A DNA stretch of 64,000 nt from Eledone cirrhosa (taxonomy: Eukaryota). The stretch spans positions 62,001 to 126,000 of the forward strand of contig CAXHJY010000489.1 of NCBI GenBank assembly GCA_964016885.1, in the 5' to 3' direction. Positions 23,573 through 34,409 of this stretch are shown in pieces. The notes beneath the pieces were generated by a model. The model was given only the letters and a program-made list of their open reading frames with translations, searched no databases and had not been told where the DNA came from. Position numbers and translations under genes: made by a program. Positions within the stretch are counted from its first letter, which is position 1, and the number at the start of each line of letters is the position of its first letter.

Positions 23573-26500
23573 TCATCATCATTTAACATCTATCTTCCTC
23601 GCTAGCATGGGTTAGACGGGAATTGTCCCACTTGTGGCAAGATTGATTGGGTGACCATGCCTCCCTCATATAGGACTGTATCTAGCAGGTTTTCTACGGG
23701 GCTTGATGCCCTTCATAACACCAACCACATTTACAGTATGGACTGGGAGCTTTTTACCATGTTACCTACACGACCACATTACAGCATGGACTGTGGTTTT
23801 TTTTGTTGTGACACCTACATGACCTAATTAGTTTGGACTGGATGTTGTGGTACCAACATAACTTTATAGAGAAAGGGAGTGGGAGGATGGAGCAGAGGTA
23901 ATGGGTTGTGGTGTGTGTTTGGTTTGGAGGGGGCCTACTGACTGTAAGTTAACTTTTCATGTAGGGAAGGCGGGCTTCTGTATTACTGCATGGCACCAAA
24001 AATCTTGATCCAGTGACATTGTCTTAGAGAGGTGCAAATGTGCAAGGTCGGAATTTATCAAATCGTCCCAGGTTTTTCTGGGTCTGCCTACTCCGTAGCT
24101 TCCGTCAATTTAGATCACCCTGCACTTTTTTATACAGTTGTCATCTTTCATATGCATCGCGTAACCATACCAACATAGTCTTCTCTCAAGTAAACAGCAT
24201 CTGATCCCTCTTATTCCTAATTTCTCACTTAGTTCATTTATGCTTTGCCGTTCACGTATATTACTATTACACATCCAACGGAGCATGCATGCTTCATTCC
24301 TTTCCAGTCTGCGCAGGTCCTCTGCACACAATGCCCATGTCTCACTGCCATGTAATATTGCTGTTTGTATACAGGCATCATACAATCTGCCTTTCATTTT
24401 TAGAGAGAAACCTTTTGTGGCCAACAGTGGTATAAGCTCTCTGAACCTTTTCCAACCCGTTCTGACTCTGGCTACTGTACTTTCAGAGCACCCTCCACCA
24501 CTGCTGATTTTGTCACCCAGGAAAGTGTCCACTATTTCTATAGAACCATCTGGGCAATAGAAGGAGCTAGTATCCTGGGAGCACTTGCTATTTATTGCAC
24601 CTGAGCATTGGCCACATATAAAATCTACGTTCTTAGATAGCTTGCCTGTGATCCCACTACATCTTTTATGTACCCATAGTTTGCATTTGGGACATAAAAT
24701 GGAATTTCTACCTACTCCTTCCTACACACTGAGCATGGCCATTTCCCAAAGGGCATCTGTGCCCTATTTTGTTTTCTACATACTAGAACATTAATCTTAG
24801 ACAAGTTAACTTTAAGGCTTTTGGGTTCTAGGCCATGCTTCCATGTTTGGAATTTCTGCTCTAGTTCAGCTGTGAGAGTTAGATCATCTGTGTATAGAAG
24901 TTCCCATAGGCAGCCGGTCCTCTGTTATAGTCTGAAGGACAATAATAAACAAGGGGGGGGGGGGCTAAGGACAGGGCCTTGATGAACACCAACTTTTACG
25001 CTAAATTCTTCACTATATTCATTGTTAATTCTAACCTTGCTGACTGTTTCTCTATACATAGCTTGTATATAATGACATTTCACGGCCTCATTTTTCATCA
25101 GTGACACTAAGTGCACCAACATAATTTTGGACATACTTATCTCCAACATCTTAATTTACACTGACACACTGCTCTGCAATGCGGAACACCTCACGTCTCT
25201 GATCCTCTCATCACAGAACATTGGCAAACCTCCTGCTTTCAGCTTCCCTGCATGCTAACTATACCTGACATCTAGCCCCTCTTTTAGTGGCTTAGTATCG
25301 GTCTCTACTCCCCCCATTTTTCAAATTCTTCCATGCTTGTCTTTTGTCTTTAATGGCTCTATCTACCATGCTGTTCCACCACCAAGTCACCCTCTGTGTG
25401 GTTGGAGCTTGCTCCAGCCACAAGTCTATTCAGTTGCTTGCAGTAAGTTGTCACGTAAGAACTTCCAGTTATCTTCTATGTCATACAATTCTAATTTGTC
25501 TTCTTTCTCATCATACACATCTTGGAGGGCTTTCCTAAATTTATATATATTTAAGTGAAAGGTCTTTTAGCTTCCAGACCTTCCTTTTCCATACTTCCTT
25601 TGTGTCTCATTCTATCTCTTGCTTACTGAGATGTCACTAAGAACTAACCTATGTTCTTCCTCGGAGTATGCCTTAGTATTTGAAACCATCTGCCTGTCTC
25701 GTTGCCTAATTAGCAAGAAGTCAATCTGGCTTATGTGCTCGCCTGATTGATAGGTTATTAGGTGGTTGGCAGGTTTCCTGAAGTTAGTGTTGCAAATGGT
25801 TGCATCACAAAATTCAAGAAGCTTGACTCCTTCTTCGTTTCTTGAGCCATAACCATGACCACCATGTACCCCAGTGTATCCATCCTGGAGCTGTCCAACA
25901 TGACCATTGAAGTCACCTGCTAGTATAACTAGGACTCTGTCCTCTGTCATTATGGTTGTCTCTGGAAGTTGGTCGTAAAAGCAGTCCTTCTCTTCTTTAC
26001 CTAGCCCCACTTGGGGAGCATTGGTAGAGATAATTGTCAGCAGTCTATTGCCTACAACTAATCTAATCTTAATTATACTATTACTTACTCTAATTACCTC
26101 TATTGTCTTGTTCATCCACTTCTCGGCCAGTAAAATGCCCACCCCTCCTAACCCATCATCATTTCCTACCCAGAGAAGCTTATAGCTAAGCTGTTTGCCT
26201 GAGGCACCTCTCCATCTCACCTCTTGCATGCAACACACATCCACATGTCTTCTCTCTAGCATCTCCACTATCTCACCAGATCTATCTCTCAGGGTGTCAA
26301 TATTAAGTGTGGCAACCCTGAGAGGCGACATCTTCCGTTGATTTTTGCCTTCTCTGCAAAGAAAAATATTTAGAATCATTAACATCATTATTATTACTGT
26401 TGTTGTTGTGCGATTGCTTGATGGTGATCGGGCAGTTCTCGTGCATTGCCGCACTAGCCACCACCTCACTACCGTGTGCAGCCCTAACATGGTTAGTGTT

Positions 26501-27030
26501 ATTGCTGTTTATACAGTTATTGCAATACTTGTCTGTTATGCTCGTAATTTTTTGGGGGCATTGATATACTGGATGGATGCCCTTCCTCTCACCAGCACCA
26601 CTTTACAGCATGGACTGGGTACTTTAATGCCACCAGCACTAGAGAGGTTGTCTTACTGGACTCAGGGGCCCTCTCCACCCCATTACTTTGGCATGTTTTT
26701 TAATGGCTGAATGCTACTTCCATTTCCTACATTTTACAACATGGACCAGGTGCTTTTATTCGTGCCACCAGCACTAGAGAGGTTGTCTTACTGGACTTAG
26801 GGGGCTTCTTCACCAATTTATTCAAGTGGTAGCTCTCCTAGACGGGTTGCCTACACTACGGCTTACGAAGCCTTTGTCCACCCCGTGACTGCTGTGAGCT
26901 TACCTGGATTTAAGATGCTATATGCACGAGGAAGTGACCAGCATACAGCATCAGGAATGTATATTGGAAGGTGGTGGAGGTGGGGTGGGATCCTAAATGG
27001 CGATTTCTTAACACAGCAAATATTTCTACG
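23571..27030 (-). mobile_element. Near full-span RTE (5' UTR, APE endonuclease, internally deleted RT, 3' UTR)
   Basis: LRVATLNIDTL, CMQEVRW, AGDFNGHVG, SQIDFLL; the sequence jumps from the KCHY region to IQAMY near 25068. Confidence 0.88.
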
Positions 27031-27057
27031 CATGTAAATATATACATATATACATCT

Positions 27058-28085
27058 CATCATCATCATCATCATCATCATCGTTTAACGTCTATATTCC
27101 ACGCTTGCATGGGTTTGGACGGGAGTTTTCCCACTTGAGGCAAGAGTGGTTGTCTTGCTCGCATAGAACTGTCTGGCGGGTTTTCTACGGCTGGATGCCC
27201 TTCCTAACACCAACCACATTTACAGTGTGGAACTGGGAGGTTTTTACCGTGTTACCTACACGGCCACATTACAGCGTGGACTGTGTGTTTTTTTTTTGTC
27301 GTGACACCTACACGACCTCATTTGTTTCGGCCTGGATGTTGTGGTACCAACATAACTTTACATTGAAAGAGGCGGTGTGGATGGGGTGGAGGTAGTGGGA
27401 CGGGGTGTATTTTGTTAGAGGTGCCTACTGACTGTAGTATGTTTTACTTTGTATTTAGGTAAGGCGGATCTTCTCTATTACTGTGTACCGCCAAAGGTCT
27501 CGGTCCAGTGACATTGTCTTGGAGAGGTGTAAGTGTGTGAGATCGGAATTTATCAAGTCGTCCCAGGTTTTTCTGGGTCTGCCTACTCTGTGGCTACCGT
27601 CTATTTTTATTGCCCTGCACTTTTTTATACAGCTGTCGTCTTTCATGCGCATCACGTGACCATACCAACGTAGCCTTCTCTCGAGTAAACAACATCTGAT
27701 CCCTCTTATTTCTAATTTTTCCCTTAGTTCGTTAATGCTTTGCCGTTCACGTATATTACTATTACACATCCAGCGGAACATGCAAGCTTCGTTCCTCTCT
27801 AGTCTGCGTATATCCTCTGCACACAATGCCCAGGTCACACTGCCATGCAACATTGCTGTTTGTATGCAGGCATCATACAGCCTGCCTTTCATTTTTAGGG
27901 AGAACCCTTTAGCGGCTAATAGTGGTATAAGCTCTCTGAACTTTTTCCATCCAGTTCTGACTCTAGCTACTGTACTTTCAGAGCACCCTCCCCCACTGCT
28001 GATTTTGTCACCCAGGTAACGGAAGCTGTCTACTATTTCTATAGAACCCTCTGTGCAATTGAAAGAGCTAGTATTCTGTGGGCAT
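27058..28085 (-). mobile_element. RTE 3' fragment with (ATG)n tail
   Basis: ORF 27455-27892 RRLRWYGHVMRM..GRPRKTW. Confidence 0.93.
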
Positions 28086-28140
28086 CTACATACCTATATA
28101 AACATTTATGTATATATAGACACACCTGTACATCCGACTC

Positions 28141-28207
<67 letters not shown>

Positions 28208-28211
28208 TATT

Positions 28212-28483
28212 ATCATCATCATCATCACCGTTTTACATCCGTTTTTCCACGCTAGCATGGGTTAGACGGGTTGTCCTGTTGTGGGCAGTAGCCGGTCGGC
28301 TGACCATGTCTTGCTCATACGGGAACTGATTCTGGCTTGATTTCTACAACTGGATGCCCTTCCTAACACTAACCTCATTTACAGTGAGTGCTGGGTGCTT
28401 TTTTTCCGTGGCGCCTACATGTCCACTTTACAGTGTGGGCTGAGTGCTTTTTTGCTGTGACGCCTCCACAACCACTTTGCAGT

Positions 28484-28487
<4 letters not shown>
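28212..28487 (-). mobile_element. RTE family A 3' UTR-only insertion
   Basis: Reverse complement of 11512-11780. Confidence 0.9.
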
Positions 28488-28525
<38 letters not shown>

Positions 28526-28559
28526 TATAGATATATATATATAATTATATATATATATA

Positions 28560-28695
28560 TATATTGTTATACTTGGGGAGGGTCATATTGTTGTAATAAT
28601 ATTGCCACAAATAATAACAGAACACACTCACTATGAAGATATAAAAGATGCAGAAGCGAAAACCAACCAAACAGTGAGTGTGTTCTGTTATTATA
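28560..28695. mobile_element. Rearranged MITE fragment with internal inversion
   Basis: taataacagaacacactcact / agtgagtgtgttctgttatta. Confidence 0.6.
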
Positions 28696-28752
28696 TATAT
28701 ATATATTTATATATAATATATAAGATCAAAAGATGGTTCAATGAGTTCCATG

Positions 28753-28823
28753 TATTTTATTATGCGCATTTCAAAAACAAATATCATCATGCAATAACAT
28801 TTGTGTTTTCATCAGATAAAATA
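28753..28823 (-). ncRNA. Type I hammerhead ribozyme
   Basis: Minus strand: tattttat CTGATGA aaac-acaaatgttatt-gcat-gatgatatttgt-tttt GAAA tgcgca TA ataaaata. Confidence 0.88.
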
Positions 28824-29065
28824 GGAGGACATGATATGAAGGTTAAAAACACTTGTGGATAGTGCAGTTTTAAATCAACATATGAAAAGTAGTTTTAGAT
28901 TGATGTGTGATATATTATGTATACTCCAGTCCTACAAACTGTAGAGTGCTTCTTATCCGATATCTGCATTGCTTTATTGTACTACAATAAAACTTACCTC
29001 CTACATATATTTATATATATATATCTGAACATTTCAAAAATCTCTACGGAATTAAAATTGAATAC

Positions 29066-29957
29066 TTCATCATCATCATCATCATCATCGATTAACATCT
29101 ATCTTCCACACTAGCATGGGTAAGATGGGTTTGTTCCATTTAGAGGCAAGTTGCGTTGGGTGACCATGCCTCGCTCATATAGGAGAGTTTCTGGCTGGAT
29201 TTCTATGGCTGGATGCCCTTCCTAATGCCAACCCATTGACAGTGTGTGCTGGGTGCTTTTTGTCATGTCACCTACACGACCACATTACAATGTGGACTGG
29301 GCACTTTTTGCTGTGACACCTACATGACCGCTTTACAGTGTGGACTGGGCACCTTTGTCAGGTCATTGACATGGCCACTTTTCAGTGGAGCCTGTGCACT
29401 TTTCTCTTGGGACTAGGGAAGATGGAGGAAGCTTGGGGGAAAATGTGTACAGGAGAGTAGGGGAGGTATGGTTACCGCTAAAGGAGGTGAATGAGAGGGG
29501 ATAGAAGGTTGAGGAAGGTGTTGCCTACTAGGTATAAGCCTCAGCCTGAGAATAATAGAGGATGGGTCTTCTGTAAAACTGCATAGCATCAGAGGTCGCG
29601 GTCTAATGCCATGCCCTTTGAGAAATGTAATTGTGCAAGGTCAGCTTTTATTATCTCATCCCAAGTCTTCCTAGGCCTGCCCACACTACGGCTACCATCG
29701 ACTTTGAGCGCTCTGCACCTTATTATACAGCTGTCACCCTTCATATGCATCACATGTCCATACCAACGCAATCTCCTCTCCTGCATCCAACAACTGATCC
29801 CGCTTGTGCCTAATTTCTCACGCAGTATATTTATACTTTGCTGTTCACGTATATTGCTATTGCACATCCAGCGAAGCATGGAGGCTTCATTTCTTTCCAA
29901 TCTTCATAGGTCTTCTGCACACAGTGCCCAGGTCTCGCTGTTGTGCAACATTGCTGT
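29066..29957 (-). mobile_element. RTE 3' fragment
   Basis: ORF 29589-29900 plus 3' UTR repeats and ATG tail. Confidence 0.9.
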
Positions 29958-29984
29958 ATATGTATATATATATATATATGTATA

Positions 29985-30540
29985 TAAAATCCCCAAAAAA
30001 AACCCATAAGAAACCCTCAAATTTGGGAATATACAAAAACACAAGAAATGAAGAATTCTCACACAATAAATAATCATCAACCAGAAATCGGAGAATCCCA
30101 AACACACAATTATACACAAACTAAATACTGAACACCAGAACCAGATACAACTACTATCAAAACCCCAAGAACAATTACCTGTGGCAAAATCAAAGACATA
30201 TGATGACCGAACGGAACAACAGAAGAACTAGACCCCCATATATCTACCACCAATCAAAATACTACCGTTCAGAAAATTATCAACATGAAATGCCAGCGAA
30301 CAGAATATTTCAGCACAACAGAAACACCACTACCTCAAATGGGAATTATTATTTTTTAGAACAAGGTGCCTCCCACCAAATGAAAGGAAAAAAGAAAAAA
30401 ACACCACCCTTCAAGTGGCACCCGATGAGAAAACTCTGAAGGAACCAAAAATAATCAACATATCGGTCAAAAAACTAACACAACAGGAAATAAAATTGCT
30501 AGAAAATGGACTGAAATTCACACCCACTCCAAAAGCGATT
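29985..30540 (+). mobile_element. Penelope-like element, N-terminal fragment
   Basis: IINISVKKLTQQEIKLLENGLKFTPTP matches the typical pre-RT motif of Penelope-like elements. Confidence 0.7.
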
Positions 30541-30656
30541 CATATGTGTGTGTGTATATATATACATATGTGTATGTATGCATATGCATATGTGTGAGAT
30601 AGATATGTGTATATATATGTATGTGTATGTGTATATGTATGTGTGGATATGTATAT

Positions 30657-30880
30657 AGTTTACTCAGCTGTAGAAATGAGATGATAGGACTGTGGTCCCT
30701 ATCATTCCACTGCAAAGTGATCAAGGAGGTGCCACGGCAAAAAAGCACCCAGCACTCACTGTAAATGAGGTTGGTGTTTGGAAGGGCATCCAGCTGTAGA
30801 AATCAAGCCAGAATCAGTTCCCGTCCCACCCTTGCAAGCAGGGAAAAGCGGACGTAAAATGATGATGATGAAAATGATGA
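30657..30880 (+). mobile_element. 5'-truncated SINE family 2 (RTE tail)
   Basis: Matches 32866-33095. Confidence 0.9.
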
Positions 30881-31112
30881 TATATGTAGTATATATATAT
30901 ATGTATATGTAAAAAAAATATATATATGTAGGAGGTATAAAATGTGTATATATGGAATATATATGTGTATGTATGTATATAAAATGTGTGGAATATATAT
31001 GTGTATATATATATATATGTATATGTGTATATGTGTGTATGTATATGTGTGTATGTATATGTGTGTATGTATATATGTGTGTATGTATGTATAAAATATA
31101 TGTGTGTATGGG

Positions 31113-32690
31113 ATCATCATCATCATCATCAACGTTTAACGTCCGTGTTCCACGCTTGCATGGGTTTGGACGGGGGTAGTCCCACTTGAGGCAAGAGTGA
31201 TTGTCTTGCTCGCATAGGACTGTCTGGCAGGTTTTCTACAGTTGGATGCCCTTCCTAACACCAACCACATTTACAGTGTGGGTCTGGGAGGTTTTTACCG
31301 TGTTGCCTACACGGCCACATTACAGCGTGGACTGTGTGTTTTTTGTCGTGACACCTACACGATCTCATTTGTTTCGGCCTGGATGGCGCGGCACCAACAT
31401 AACTTTACATAGAACGGGGTGGTGTGGATGGGGTGGGGGTGGTGGCGGGACGGGGTGTATTTTGTTAGAGATGCCTACTGGCAAGGCGGGTCTTCTCTGT
31501 TACTGAGTACCGCCAAAGGTCTCGGTCCAGTGACATTGTCTTGGAGAGGTGTAAGTGTGTGAGGTCGGAGTTTATCAGCTCATCCCATGTTTTTCTAGGT
31601 CTGCCTATTCCGTGGCTACCGTCTATCTTTATTGCCCTGCACTTTGTAATACAGCTATCGACTTTCATGCGCATCACGTGTCCATACCAACGCAGCCTTC
31701 TCTCGAGTAAACAACATCTGATCCCTCTTATCTCTAATTTTTTCCTTAGTTCGTTTATGCTTTGCCGTTCACGTATATTACTGTTACACATCCAGCGGAG
31801 CATGCAAGCTTCGTTCCTCTCTAGTCTGCGTATATCCTCTGCACACAATGCCCAGGTCTCACTACCATGCAACATTGCTGTTCGTATGCAGGCATCGTAC
31901 AACCTGCCTTTCATTTTTAGGGAGAACCCTTTAGCAGCTAATAGTGGTATAAGCTCTCTGAACTTTTTCCAACCAGTTCTGACTCTAGCTACAGTACTTT
32001 CAGAGCACCCTCCCCCACTGCTGATTTTATCGCCCAGGTAACGGAAGCTGTCCACTATTTCTATAGAACCCTCTGCGCAATTGAAAGAGCTAGTATTTTG
32101 TGGGCACTTGCTGCTACTTATTGCACCAGAACACCGGCCACATGTAAAGTCTATGTTCTTAGTTAGCTTACCTGTGATCCCACTACATCTTTTATGCACC
32201 CATACTTTGCATTTAGGACATAAGATGGAGTTTCTACCTACGCCTTTCCTACATACCGAGCACGACCATTTCCCAGAAGGGACCGCCGCCTTGTTTTCTT
32301 TCCTACAAACTAAAACTTTGGTCTTAGCCAGGTTAATTTTAAGTCCTTTTGACTCTAGGCCGTGCTTCCATGTTTGGAATTTCTTCTCTAGCTCGGCCAT
32401 TGATTCCGCTATGAGTGTCAGGTCGTCTGCGTATAGGAGTTCCCACGGGCAGCCTGTCTTGAACTCCTCTGTTATAGCCTGAAGGGCAATAATAAATAGT
32501 AGGGGGCTGAGAACAGAGCCCTGATGGACGCCAACTTTTACGCTAAACTCTTCACTATATTCGTTGTTAATTCTAACCTTGCTGACTGTTTCTTTATACA
32601 TGGCTTGTATAGCCCTCACAAGCCATTCGTCAACGCCTAGTTTTCTAAGAGCCCACCAGATAATGGAGCGGGGGACTCTGTCGAAGGCGG
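31113..32690 (-). mobile_element. Young 5'-truncated RTE; uninterrupted RT C-half plus PHD-like finger through to the stop codon
   Basis: AFDRVPR..GVHQGSVLSPLLF..LLYADD..CSVC..CPKC..HKRC..CGRC..RRLRWYGHV with no stops; the annotated N-terminus comes from a SINE and microsatellite. Confidence 0.96.
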
Positions 32691-32744
32691 TATATGTATA
32701 TATACATATATATGTATATGTATGTATATGTATATATATATATA

Positions 32745-33097
32745 TGGAGGCACATGGCTTAGTGGTTAGAGCATTGGCCTGACAATCAAAAGGTTGTGAG
32801 TTCAATTCTCAGACCGGGTGATTTTTTTTTTTCCTTGAGCAAGACACTTTATTTCACATTGCTCCAGTTTACTCAGCTGTAGAAATGAGATGATAGGGAC
32901 TGGGGTCCATATCATTCCACTGCAAAGTGGTCGTGGAGGTGCCACGGCAAAAAAGCACCCAGCACTCACTGTAAATGAGGTTGGTGTTAGGAAGGGCATC
33001 CAGCTGTAGAAATCAAGCCAGAATCAGTTCCCGTCCCACCCTTGCAAGCAGGGAAAAAGCGGACTTAAAACGAAATGATGATGATGATGATGATGAT
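32745..33097 (+). mobile_element. Full-length SINE family 2 (tRNA head, CORE-like domain, RTE-derived body and tail)
   Basis: A/B boxes, aggaagggcatccagctgtagaaa, (ATG)n tail. Confidence 0.92.
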
Positions 33098-34237
33098 ATA
33101 TATGGGTGTGTATGTGTATGTATGTGTGTATGTATATATATATGTATGTATGTATGTGTTGATATGTGTGTGTATGTGTATGTGTTTGTATGTAATATAT
33201 ATGGACTGTAGATATATTTACATATAGGAAAGTGAATATGTGAGCCAGCATCTCTCCCCCCCCCCCACACACACACACACTTCCTCTCCCAAACTAATAT
33301 CAACAACACATCTTTGACAAATGTTCCCAAACTATCCTTCTTTTCTCTTTTTTCTGTCATCCCATTCTTATCAAAAGACATGTATCTTACACCTCATTAA
33401 AACCCAGACAAGCACCTAAATTCATCTTTGATGCAGAAATTTGTAGAAGATATTCTTTATGGATTTGGAAGGATGGATTCAGCTATGCCATTATATACTC
33501 ATCAAAGGTCAGCTAATGAAATAAAACCAGCAGGAGAGTATGTTTACAACCACCTTCTCAAACCTGATCTCAGTTTGACAATCGCCACAGACAGATAAAT
33601 GCGAGAAAGTTCTCAAACCCAAGTTAACCAGGAATCTTTAAAATTCTTCCCACCGAAGTTAACAAAGAACTTACTGGATCTACCAACTCATAATATTATA
33701 ATATTATAAAATTAAATCAAATTTTTAACACTACAAGTGAAATCATTCTTTTCCTTTTTTTCAAATATACCTAACTGTACCAAGGATCTCACACATTTTC
33801 CAATATATATATATAAGGTTTTTTTTAATGAAAAAGATGCGATGTCCTACACAAGTAAAATTATAAGGAAAAGAAATCAAAAATGCAACTGGAGTCTTTT
33901 TAAGAATATTTATTCATTTCCTTTACCAGTTTCACAGTTCTTATGTTTTTCAAAAGTAGAATTGAGTTGGAGGGTTTGTGGAGAAAAACCACAAACCCTC
34001 CAGACATATCTGAAGAACCTTCGAATGCAGAGTCGGGTTTGATCTGTAACAGATCCTGCCTCGAGCTTATCAACGGAGAAACATATGTAATATGCTAATA
34101 AATTGTAGTTTGATGCATTATTGATTCCTCCTTCTTTATACTAGTATACTCTGCTCTGCACGAGCATTGAGTGCTCAACCGGCATACTGCCTACGGATGC
34201 ATTTACCTGCAACCCTACAGCAACTATATATATATAA

Positions 34238-34314
34238 GAAAAGAGTCAGGATCCCAATGGCTGAGCTCCGGCCGAAACAGCTAGAGTTCAGCCATCAGGG
34301 TCCTGACTCTTTTC
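34238..34314. other. 31-bp-arm hairpin enclosing a hammerhead 3' half
   Basis: gaaaagagtcaggatcccaatggctgagctc / gagttcagccatcagggtcctgactcttttc; loop cggccGAAAcagcTA. Confidence 0.7.
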
Positions 34315-34409
34315 CTATTACCCACTCTACTATCCAGTATCGAGTACTTTGGTGCGTTATGGTCCACCTGGTTACTTACCACACTTCCTTCATCATATAT
34401 ATATACTTA

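Noticed and set aside
25070-25108. CTGATGA..GAAA on the minus strand
   Set aside because: No stem II, and it lies within RTE coding sequence
32745-32815. tRNA genes
   Set aside because: SINE heads without an acceptor stem, fused to SINE bodies
34045-34225. Solo LTR (TGTAAC start, AATAAA)
   Set aside because: No clear CA end, TSD or second copy
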